64,000 nucleotides of DNA from Candidatus Enterousia sp. (GTDB lineage: Bacteria > Pseudomonadota > Alphaproteobacteria > Rs-D84). The position numbers were made by a program, and so were the translations under genes. This document shows, in pieces, positions 1-10,099 of this stretch. The number at the start of each line of letters is the position of its first letter. Within the stretch, counting starts at the first letter, position 1. The stretch is taken from assembly GCA_045648945.1 (NCBI GenBank), contig JAZROX010000052.1, positions 8,417 to 72,416 of the forward strand. The letters are read 5' to 3'. The notes below the pieces were generated by a model that was given only the letters and a program-made list of their open reading frames with translations, did not search any database and was not told the DNA's origin.

Positions 1-41
1 GACAAAATATATATATTAAAAGGAAGCGGTATGCGGCGGGA

Positions 42-1256
42 TTGCTTTGGCAACCGTTGGTTGCGGGCTTTACACCGCGTGCGTATGCGTATAAATTGGC
101 GCGTGGAATTGACCACCGATTGAATCGATATATTTCGTACAATGGTATGGTTGGTTTGGGTGCACGCGTAAATGGCCAGCGTTCAGGTATGCCGTCGATT
201 GCCGCCGAAATAGTCGAGGCTTTGCCCGGTTATGCGTCGATGCTCTGTGCGTTCCAGGTTGATGGTAAATTTGTTTTGGTTGCCGTTAGAAACGGTGTGA
301 TAATTTATGATTTGTTCTTTGAATCGGAAGAAAAGGCGCGTGAAAAATTTGCAGAATTGTTCGAAATTCCGGATTGGAATGCATTGTTTGCGCCGGCGTC
401 TTGGGGAATGCCACGGACCGTAGAACGTGATTTAACAGATTTAATTTCTGGGGCTTCGCATGGGGTTTTGCATTCGATAAGTCATTTTGGTGCGGGCGTT
501 GTGTCTTTGTTTCTGTTTGCATTGTTTGGATTTTTGTTTTTATATATTTTCCGTGAACCGATAAACGAGATGTTTTCACCAAAGCCCCAGGTCGCGCGTC
601 AAAACCCGGAATTGGTCGCAGAATATAAACGCCAAATAGAAGAGAAAAATAAAGAGTTAGATAAAGAATTTAATATGCGTCAACCGGCGCCGGTTGAACC
701 GTTGATTATGCCGTTTGAATCTTTACCGGATGTGGCCGAACGTGCAGATTTATGCTATCGTGCAATTGGTTTTTTAATGCAACAGGTTCCGGGTTGGAAT
801 CAGACATCGGCCGAATGTGGTGAAACACATGTGTTTGCTACGTTTAAGCGGTCTTTTGGTACATTGGATGATTTTTATGCCGTTGCCGCAGATATAATGC
901 CCGGTGTGTTTGTTCAGGAAATAAGTGATGACCAGATTTTGGTGCGTGCAAAATTGCCGGAACGCGTTACAAGGCCTTCACAAGATGTGCGTGATGCGGA
1001 CAGTGTGGTGCGTGATTTAACAAGTCGGTTCCAGGCAATAAATATGGATGCAAATATATCGGTTGTTGTTGATGCGGTTGCAAATGACACACAATCGACA
1101 GAGATATACGTGGTCGAAGTTGCGGCGGAATCCAAGATGGTTCCATCACAATTTATGTTGATATTTGACGACTTTGGCGGCGTGTATATGACCAAGGCGG
1201 CCTGGAATGTGGCCAGAAAAATGTGGAACTATGAGGTGATAATCTATGCAAAATAA
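42..1256 (+). CDS. PilO-like type IVb pilus accessory protein (5' end uncertain)
   Basis: 404-codon ORF with one central hydrophobic segment (VVSLFLFALFGFLFLYIF). It is the first gene of a run that matches the pilO-pilP-ATPase-platform order of IncI1/R64 thin-pilus operons. The frame stays open back to nt 3, so the true start may lie upstream of the window. Confidence 0.45.
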   Translation: MLWQPLVAGFTPRAYAYKLARGIDHRLNRYISYNGMVGLGARVNGQRSGMPSIAAEIVEALPGYASMLCAFQVDGKFVLVAVRNGVIIYDLFFESEEKAREKFAELFEIPDWNALFAPASWGMPRTVERDLTDLISGASHGVLHSISHFGAGVVSLFLFALFGFLFLYIFREPINEMFSPKPQVARQNPELVAEYKRQIEEKNKELDKEFNMRQPAPVEPLIMPFESLPDVAERADLCYRAIGFLMQQVPGWNQTSAECGETHVFATFKRSFGTLDDFYAVAADIMPGVFVQEISDDQILVRAKLPERVTRPSQDVRDADSVVRDLTSRFQAINMDANISVVVDAVANDTQSTEIYVVEVAAESKMVPSQFMLIFDDFGGVYMTKAAWNVARKMWNYEVIIYAK

Positions 1257-1965
1257 AATAAAAATGTTATTTGTTTCGGTATGTGTTATGTTCGGTGTAA
1301 CGGCCGGGTATTGTGCAGATACCGTGTTTGAAAATGTTGTTGATGTTATTGAAGAAGTAAATTCAAAAGACGCAACTGACGCAACGGATGCAACGGAAAA
1401 TGAAGATTTTTCGGCCGAGGCAATCGAAGATTACCAGGTCGAAGGTTCTTTGTTTCAGCAAATTACAGATTTGGAACAAGAAAAGGTTTTGATGCAATTG
1501 GAAAAAGAACGCGCGCAATTAAACCTGGACTTGGATAGATTGGCGGCGGAAAAAATAAAATTGCATATGGAAATTGATACTTTGTCCGGTCGGGCCGAGC
1601 AGCAACAACAAGAATTCGAAACAGAACGTGCGCGGTTAGAGGCCGAAGCAAAACGTTTGGAATTGGAAAAAGAAAATATGACCAAGAAAAAGGATGATGA
1701 TAAAGCCCAACCACAAAAGAAACAAGAAACTGTAAAAGAAGCACCGAAAGATGTCGAGATAGAAAAGAACTATAAATTGCTGAACGTGTTTGGCGCCGGT
1801 GCGCAATTGCAGGCGACAGTCCAAGATTTGGCCAGTGGTCAAAACAAACGCATAAGTGTTGGAAAGCAATTGGATGGTTATACCGTTAAATCTATATCTT
1901 TGGATGAAGGTGTTGTGTTTATCAAAGATGGGGAAATCCAAACATTAAATGTCGGTAATAAATAA
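1246..1965 (+). CDS. PilP-like pilus biogenesis protein (signal peptide, coiled coil, C-terminal beta domain)
   Basis: Signal peptide (MLFVSVCVMFGVTAGYCAD), an E/K/Q/L-rich coiled-coil centre, and a C-terminal YKLLNVFG...GYTVKSISLDEGVVFIKDG module. Overlaps the upstream ORF by 11 nt. Confidence 0.45.
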   Translation: MQNKIKMLFVSVCVMFGVTAGYCADTVFENVVDVIEEVNSKDATDATDATENEDFSAEAIEDYQVEGSLFQQITDLEQEKVLMQLEKERAQLNLDLDRLAAEKIKLHMEIDTLSGRAEQQQQEFETERARLEAEAKRLELEKENMTKKKDDDKAQPQKKQETVKEAPKDVEIEKNYKLLNVFGAGAQLQATVQDLASGQNKRISVGKQLDGYTVKSISLDEGVVFIKDGEIQTLNVGNK

Positions 1966-1980
1966 TATTGGGCAACCCAA

Positions 1981-3618
1981 ATGAAAGCGGCAGAAAAAAA
2001 TATATTAGGAAAAGAAAGTGTTTCACAAAAACCGTCTGTGCCGGCGGGGTTGGAACATGCAGATAATAAAGAAATTATCGAGTATTTGTTCACAGAAAAT
2101 AACCATTTGTTGACCGCGCCGGGTGGTGAATTTGAATTGCCAAAAGAAACGCAAGGCCTGTTGGCGTATTTTTCGGGTGGATGTTTGATAATTTCGCGGA
2201 CACATCGGTATGATGGGCGGGTATTGGCGTTTATGGATTTGCTGCGCAAGAAAAATCGTCCGATGCGTATACCGTTTTATTCTGATTTAGGTTTGGTTTC
2301 GGCGATATATAAATATTATGAGAACACTTTGGGTGGTGGGTCACATTCACGTGTTGATTTTAACAATCAAATGCAAAAAGACTTTGTCGATATTATCGCC
2401 AAGGCCGCCGCGCAAAAGGTTTCGGATATTCATATCGATGTTGCAGACCAAACAACAATCTATTTCCGTATAGATGGCAGTATGCAACCGGTTTTGGAAT
2501 TTAATTCCGGGTGGGGTGAATCATTTGTGCGTGCCGCGTTTGCATCGGCCGATATTTCAAATGCGAACTATGCGCAAAATGAATATCAATCGGCACAAAA
2601 AGATGGTCGCACACCATTGCGCGGAACCAAAGATTTATATTTGCCCCAAGGGGTGCTTAGTATAAGAATGCAATTTAACCCGATTGCGTTTGGGTCGCGA
2701 TATGTGGTTATGCGTTTGCTGTATGATAATCCATCCGAGAGTATAACGACCGAGCAAGAATTTGGAAAATATGAACAAACTTTGTTGCGGCGGCTGCGTT
2801 CATATCCGACGGGTTTGGTTGTTGTCGCCGGTCCAACCAGTTCAGGTAAATCAACAACACTGGTTCGGAATATGGTGTTGATGTTGAAAGAGCACAATTA
2901 TGAAATCAACCTTATTACTGTGGAAGACCCGGTTGAACAAAAAATTTTTGGTGCACATCAAATTCCGGTCGTCAATACCGCCAGTGAAGAACAGCGCGAG
3001 GCAGAATATACCGAGGCTTTGGCCGCCGCGTTGCGCAGTGACCCCGATACATTGATGGTTGGTGAAATTCGAACATTGGCCGCGGCACAGTTGACGGTCA
3101 AAGGTGCATTGTCGGGTCATAATGTTTGGACAACGTTACATGCAAATTCTGCGATGGCCGCATTGGTGCGGTTGCTGGATATGGGTGTCGAGGCGTTCAA
3201 GTTAAAAGAAGAAACAATGATGCGGGGTTTGGTGTCTATGCGTTTGTTCAAGAGGCTTTGCCCGCATTGTCGTGAGAAATTAAAAAATCATCCGGAATAT
3301 CCGGAATATGCACGCGTGATGGATACGTTTGGGGAATTGGGATTGGACCAGGTTTATGTTCGTGGGTCGGGTTGCGATGCATGTAATGGAACGGGCACAT
3401 CGGGACGTATCAAGGCCGGCGAGATTATTATAACAAACAGTGAATTTTTAAACCTGGCATTATCTGGTAATACAGACGGCGCCGTAAAGTATTGGTTGGA
3501 AGAAATGGATGGTCGCACGTTAAAGGAATCCGCGTGTTCTTTGATGTTGCAGGGTATAATTGGGGTTGATGAATTAGAACGCTGGGTCGGGTTGTTGGAC
3601 AGACCGGGGGTTTACTAA
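1981..3618 (+). CDS. GspE/PilB-family secretion ATPase (pilus assembly ATPase)
   Basis: Walker A GPTSSGKST, SDPDTLMVGEIR (Asp box/Walker B region), His box GHNVWTTLHAN, and a tetracysteine cluster CPHC...CDACNG. Confidence 0.9.
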   Translation: MKAAEKNILGKESVSQKPSVPAGLEHADNKEIIEYLFTENNHLLTAPGGEFELPKETQGLLAYFSGGCLIISRTHRYDGRVLAFMDLLRKKNRPMRIPFYSDLGLVSAIYKYYENTLGGGSHSRVDFNNQMQKDFVDIIAKAAAQKVSDIHIDVADQTTIYFRIDGSMQPVLEFNSGWGESFVRAAFASADISNANYAQNEYQSAQKDGRTPLRGTKDLYLPQGVLSIRMQFNPIAFGSRYVVMRLLYDNPSESITTEQEFGKYEQTLLRRLRSYPTGLVVVAGPTSSGKSTTLVRNMVLMLKEHNYEINLITVEDPVEQKIFGAHQIPVVNTASEEQREAEYTEALAAALRSDPDTLMVGEIRTLAAAQLTVKGALSGHNVWTTLHANSAMAALVRLLDMGVEAFKLKEETMMRGLVSMRLFKRLCPHCREKLKNHPEYPEYARVMDTFGELGLDQVYVRGSGCDACNGTGTSGRIKAGEIIITNSEFLNLALSGNTDGAVKYWLEEMDGRTLKESACSLMLQGIIGVDELERWVGLLDRPGVY

Positions 3619-3619
3619 G

Positions 3620-4690
3620 ATGAACAGGTTGGAAATATTTTATGCCAAAATGGTTTGTCGTTTCAGTAATGACAAACGTATTTCTATTTGGCGTAAATTG
3701 GTATCACTGTTGAAAAATGATTTTACGTTGGTGAATGCGTTGAACCGGTTGCAGATGATAGAATCGCACGGGGGCGCAAAACCGAACGAGCCTTTTGCAA
3801 TATGTATGCGGGAATGGGAAAAAAACCTGGAACGTGGGATGAGTTTTTCCGAGGCCACACGTGGTTGGGTCCCGGCCGAAGAAACATTGCTGCTTACATC
3901 CGGGAATATGTCCAGTTTGATTGTTGCGTTGGAAAACGTTGGGCGGATAATTGTTGCGAATAAAAGAATAGGGGGCGCGGTATTCAGTGCGATTGCATAT
4001 CCGACATTATTGTTGGTTTTGGTGTTTGCGATTATAATTATGGTTGGTTTGTATTTGGTGCCGCCTTTGTCCCAGATTGCCGGCGATAATATGGTTTGGT
4101 CGGGTGCGGCGGCGTCATTGATTTGGCTATCGAATTTGGCCGGAAATTATTGGAAAGAGTTTTCAATTGCATTTGTTGTTTTTGGAATTTTTGTATGGTG
4201 GTCTTTGCCGCGCCTATCGGGGCGGGTGCGCGCATTCTTTGATAATTTGCCACCATGGAATATATATAAAATTCGTTTGTCGGTAAGTTGGATGATGTCA
4301 TTGTCCGCCATGGTGGCGGCCGGGGTCACGATTCCCGATGCAATGCGAATGTTGGCGGATAATTCTAATCGGTATTTGCGGCGTATTTTGGAAGAAACTT
4401 TGCATTATATCGCGAATGGTGACAACCTTGGGGTGGCGTTACAGAACACGGGTATGGATTTTCCAAATAATGAATTGATTGGCGATTTGACAATTTATGC
4501 CGATATGAACGATTTTGATGAAAATTTGACCCAGATTTCAAATGACTATTTGGAAAATTCGGTCAAGAAAATAGAATCTTTGGCGGAAACATTAAACACG
4601 GTTGGTATAATTTTAATATCGGCGGTTATTGCATGGATTGTTATGGGAACCTTCCAGATGCAGGACCAGATAACGGCGTTTTTAAGTTAG
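3620..4690 (+). CDS. GspF/PilC-family inner-membrane platform protein
   Basis: 356 aa, starting 2 nt after the ATPase stop. Hydrophobic segments alternate with helical cytoplasmic repeats, as in GspF/PilC/R64 PilR. Confidence 0.8.
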   Translation: MNRLEIFYAKMVCRFSNDKRISIWRKLVSLLKNDFTLVNALNRLQMIESHGGAKPNEPFAICMREWEKNLERGMSFSEATRGWVPAEETLLLTSGNMSSLIVALENVGRIIVANKRIGGAVFSAIAYPTLLLVLVFAIIIMVGLYLVPPLSQIAGDNMVWSGAAASLIWLSNLAGNYWKEFSIAFVVFGIFVWWSLPRLSGRVRAFFDNLPPWNIYKIRLSVSWMMSLSAMVAAGVTIPDAMRMLADNSNRYLRRILEETLHYIANGDNLGVALQNTGMDFPNNELIGDLTIYADMNDFDENLTQISNDYLENSVKKIESLAETLNTVGIILISAVIAWIVMGTFQMQDQITAFLS

Positions 4691-4772
4691 TGGTTTATTT
4701 ATATTTATGTAAAATCGAAGTGGGATTTCTTGGTTGAAAAAAGTGAAATTTTGATTATCATAAACCACAGAA

Positions 4773-5813
4773 ATGGCAAGACTAAAACAGTATTTTAGTG
4801 AATATAAAAAACAAAGCGAACCAGATAAACGTGCCCGTGCGGAAAACTGGGGGGTGGCCATTGGGTTGCAACAGGTTGATAATTTAACCCCATCTAGATA
4901 TTTAATTGGTATCGCAAGAGATAACATAGAAGGCAAAATATCGGTCTATGATGCAGAACGTGAAATAAATCGTTATTATCATGAAAATGTTGCATCCACC
5001 AAGCAAGAACAAGATGAGCAAGAAGCGGACAAAGTATCTGTGCGTATTGCCAAATTGCTAAGTGAAAAGACATTCAAGTTCAGTCCCGCCGAATATAAAT
5101 CGATTCATGGGGCTTTGTTTAAAGGAATATTGGATAAAAAAATAGCAGGTAAGTTTCGCACATATAATATAACCAAGAAAGAAGAAATCTTGAACAATGA
5201 CACCGTTATTTATGGTCGGGCGGCCAGTATTGCCGAAACGTTGGAATATGATTTTGCACAAGAGAAAAAGTTCGATTATAAAAATTTAACAAAACGTCAA
5301 CGCATAGAACATATTGAAAAGTTTATGTCTGGGATATGGCAAATTCACCCGTTTGGTGAGGGTAACACTCGCGCTACGGTTGTGTTTGTTATCAAATATC
5401 TGGAAACAATGGGGATGCATACAAATAATGATATGTTTGAAAAATACGCGAAATATTTCAGGAATGCGCTGGTTCGTGCCAATTATCAAAACCTGGAAAA
5501 GAATATTCCGTATACAATGGAATACTTGAACAAGTTTTTTGGTAATTTATTGTTGGGTGAAAAAAATCGCCTTGATAATCGTGAAATGCAGATAAAGAAA
5601 ACTGAATCAAAAACTACCCAGAAAACTACCCAGAAAACCGCCCAGAAAATTTTGGGTGTGTTGGCGAAAAATCCAAACGCAACACGTGCCGATTTGGCGG
5701 TGGCAACAGGCCTTAGTACGGACGGTGTAAAATGGAATTTGAATAAACTGAAACGGTCCGAAAAAATACGCCGCATCGGCCCGGATCGTGGCGGTCATTG
5801 GGAAGTGTTATAA
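4773..5813 (+). CDS. Fic/DOC-family protein with C-terminal winged-helix-like tail
   Basis: Fic core variant HPFGEGNTRATV (canonical HxFx[DE]GNGRxxR). In-frame 3 x 12-nt repeat at nt 5613-5648 encoding TTQK-TTQK-TAQK. C-terminal GLSTDGVKWNLNKLKRSEKIRRIG. Confidence 0.8.
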   Translation: MARLKQYFSEYKKQSEPDKRARAENWGVAIGLQQVDNLTPSRYLIGIARDNIEGKISVYDAEREINRYYHENVASTKQEQDEQEADKVSVRIAKLLSEKTFKFSPAEYKSIHGALFKGILDKKIAGKFRTYNITKKEEILNNDTVIYGRAASIAETLEYDFAQEKKFDYKNLTKRQRIEHIEKFMSGIWQIHPFGEGNTRATVVFVIKYLETMGMHTNNDMFEKYAKYFRNALVRANYQNLEKNIPYTMEYLNKFFGNLLLGEKNRLDNREMQIKKTESKTTQKTTQKTAQKILGVLAKNPNATRADLAVATGLSTDGVKWNLNKLKRSEKIRRIGPDRGGHWEVL

Positions 5814-5869
5814 TTTTAAAATAAAATCTGGTCAGATGGCTTGGTTTTTACCGGTGTTAGTTTTTTTGT

Positions 5870-5898
5870 TTGATTTTTAGTTGAATTTGTTGTATATT
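5870..5898 (+). promoter_or_regulatory. sigma70-type promoter of repeat module A
   Basis: TTGATT (5870-5875), 17-nt spacer, TATATT (5893-5898). The hexamers and spacing are identical in copy B (11521-11549). Confidence 0.55.
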
Positions 5899-5904
5899 TC
5901 TAGT

Positions 5905-6090
5905 GTCGACAGGTGTTCTGTTGATGGATGTTAAAGAAATCCGAATTACACTGGTGTCCGTGGGGACAAAAAACACCTCCAACGCAGGGTTGGAGGGAGA
6001 CGAATATGTTGAATAAGTCTCACCTATTTCTAGTGTAATAGTTCTTTAACCTCCAACCGTTATGATTTTTGTCAGACGGTTTTTATTTTT
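5905..6090 (+). ncRNA. Candidate structured 5' leader / cis-regulatory RNA, copy A (five hairpins plus intrinsic terminator)
   Basis: Hairpins:
- P1: 5926-5942.
- P2: 5956-5967.
- P3: 5976-5996 (CCTCCAAC/GGTTGGAGG).
- P4: 5997-6021.
- P5: 6024-6041.
A competing CCTCCAACC lies at 6050-6058. The terminator is AACCGT..ACGGTT plus a T-run at 6055-6090. The stems are supported by compensatory differences from copy B. Confidence 0.55.
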
Positions 6091-6106
6091 AACAAAGGAA
6101 AGAAAA

Positions 6107-6250
6107 ATGAATAATAAACCAGAAAAAGAAGAATTATTGATAGGGGCGGTTTTGGATTTTTATAGAAAGAATCCGGGTTACAGAATGTCCCAGAAAGAAT
6201 TTATGGGTTTGATATGCGCCCTGTGTCAACAGGTGATGAGTGATATTTAG
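6107..6250 (+). CDS. 47-aa conserved small protein, copy A (unknown function)
   Basis: ATG 6107 preceded by AAAGGAAAG. Differs from copy B (11755-11898) at 5 of 144 nt, four synonymous and one Ile/Val. The longer track ORF (6062) would start inside the terminator hairpin. Confidence 0.6.
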   Translation: MNNKPEKEELLIGAVLDFYRKNPGYRMSQKEFMGLICALCQQVMSDI

Positions 6251-6355
6251 TGGTTAGTGTTTAGTGTTAGTGGATAGTAGAATCTGGCATAATTTCATAA
6301 TTACGAAATAATTCCAGACACCACTAGCCACTAACCACTTACACTAACCACTCTA
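6248..6355. repeat. Palindromic intergenic element built from TAGTGGT-type heptamer arrays
   Basis: The plus-sense array TAGTGGTTAGTGTTTAGTGTTAGTGGATAGTAG starts on the stop codon of the small ORF. Its inverted counterpart (6318-6355) starts on the stop codon of the convergent gene. The centre carries a TCTGGnATAA...TTCCAGA box. Confidence 0.85.
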
Positions 6356-6925
6356 TACCATAAACGGCAGGTTTTCCAATGTGCCTTCGGCGACACGCAG
6401 GTTCACGTCAATCATCATGAATACGCAATCGGGACTGGCCGTGGCCAAATCCGGATGAAAAATGTGATTGGACAGCAAGTGGCTGGTATTCACCGATATC
6501 TTGGTAATCAAATGGTCGTCGTCCAACAGGGTATAAATCGGCCCGGCGTCACGCGGAACGTTTTGGCCAATTTCATGTTCGTTTTGCGGGCAACGCAGAC
6601 CATCGAATAATGTTTTAATCCGATTGTCGATATCCGAACGCGGAACACCGATAATTTCTGGGTGCAGCATTTGGATGTCCAATTCTGCAATCAATTTCAA
6701 TTTTGGGGTAATAATTGGGTTCCAATCTATGCCGCCAATGTGCCGGGTTATAACCGGGCTTTTGGCCGGGTTTGGTGCCATATACTGGGTCAATTTATCC
6801 CACGGTTGATGTTCGACCAATTTCTTTAATTGTGGGTGAAATTGCATGCGGATGTCCGAAATATGCTGGGCCCGTTTCTTGGGATTTATTAAAATTTCAC
6901 CAAAATACAATAACTTGAATTTCAT
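6353..6925 (-). CDS. RusA-like endodeoxyribonuclease-fold protein (enlarged, 190 aa)
   Basis: SDIDNRIKTLFDGL followed by LLDDDHLI lines up with E. coli RusA RDLDNLQKAAFDAL ... WLDDAQV (catalytic D70, D72, K76, D91). Roughly 70 extra residues are inserted relative to the 120-aa RusA. Confidence 0.45.
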   Translation of the reverse strand: MKFKLLYFGEILINPKKRAQHISDIRMQFHPQLKKLVEHQPWDKLTQYMAPNPAKSPVITRHIGGIDWNPIITPKLKLIAELDIQMLHPEIIGVPRSDIDNRIKTLFDGLRCPQNEHEIGQNVPRDAGPIYTLLDDDHLITKISVNTSHLLSNHIFHPDLATASPDCVFMMIDVNLRVAEGTLENLPFMV

Positions 6926-6956
6926 ATCTTTTTTCCTTTATTTTTTGCCTTTTTCT

Positions 6957-6985
6957 TTGACAATTATACCATAATTTGCTATGTT
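6957..6985 (+). promoter_or_regulatory. Putative gyrB promoter
   Basis: TTGACA (6957-6962), 17 nt, TATGTT (6980-6985). GAAAGGA Shine-Dalgarno at 7001-7007 and ATG at 7015. Confidence 0.45.
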
Positions 6986-6990
6986 TTTGA

Positions 6991-9414
<2,424 letters not shown>

Positions 9415-9427
9415 TGAAGGAATCGTG

Positions 9428-10099
9428 ATGTCTGAATTTGAAGTGGCAAGGGCGAAAGTATTGGCAAAATCGCGTGTAACTGTGCATGCGGTTGATGAAG
9501 ATAATGATGTTGTTGATAATACGCAATTGCCGCGTATGCCAGGTGGAAGTAAAGTTATTATTGAACACAGAATTTATGAAGAATTAAAATATTTGGAACA
9601 GTTGACCGGTGCAAAAAAAGCAGAGTGTTCTTTTTTGTTATTTGGTTATTCCAAAGGACAAACAGTTGTTTTTAATGATATTATCTCTGCGGCGCCAAGT
9701 GGAAGTTCTGTGGTAGCTTCATTTAATAAACGGCAAGCAGAAAAACTTACTGATTTTTGTAAAAATGCAAGGCGTGATGAAAATAAAATTGTCGCGCATG
9801 GGCATACTCACCCGCATTTGTCATATGACCAAAGTGGTTGGTATTTAAATTTTTCTTATGGTGATATAATGGGGTATATAAATATGCGTGAACAAAGTCT
9901 TGTAAAAGATCGTGTGGATTTGTGTGGGTGTTTGTTGACTGGTGGTAATTTTAATTTTGTTTTTTGTGACGGCAAAGATGTTTATCGGTTTGATAAGGTT
10001 TTTGTTCAAGATAAAAACGGTAATATAGTGAAACAGTTGCCGTGTTTTGGACACGATGTCACAAATATACCATATGTGCAGAATAATGGACGGAAATAA
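9428..10099 (+). CDS. JAB/MPN-like (JAMM-type) metalloprotease-domain protein
   Basis: Candidate JAMM elements: Glu (AECSFLLFG), HGHTHPH, and SYGD. ATG 9428 is preceded by GAAGGA and lies 14 nt after the gyrB stop. Confidence 0.5.
   Translation: MSEFEVARAKVLAKSRVTVHAVDEDNDVVDNTQLPRMPGGSKVIIEHRIYEELKYLEQLTGAKKAECSFLLFGYSKGQTVVFNDIISAAPSGSSVVASFNKRQAEKLTDFCKNARRDENKIVAHGHTHPHLSYDQSGWYLNFSYGDIMGYINMREQSLVKDRVDLCGCLLTGGNFNFVFCDGKDVYRFDKVFVQDKNGNIVKQLPCFGHDVTNIPYVQNNGRK

Noticed and set aside
6062-6106. Longer 62-aa version of the small ORF (also 11710-11754 in copy B)
   Set aside because: The upstream ATG sits inside the loop of the terminator hairpin and has no Shine-Dalgarno sequence. The ATG at 6107 (11755 in copy B) has AAAGGAAAG at proper spacing.
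6248-6280. Possibility that the short tandem repeats are a CRISPR array
   Set aside because: The units are 6-7 nt and directly contiguous with no spacers. The arrays are at most about 45 nt long, and no cas genes are present in the window.
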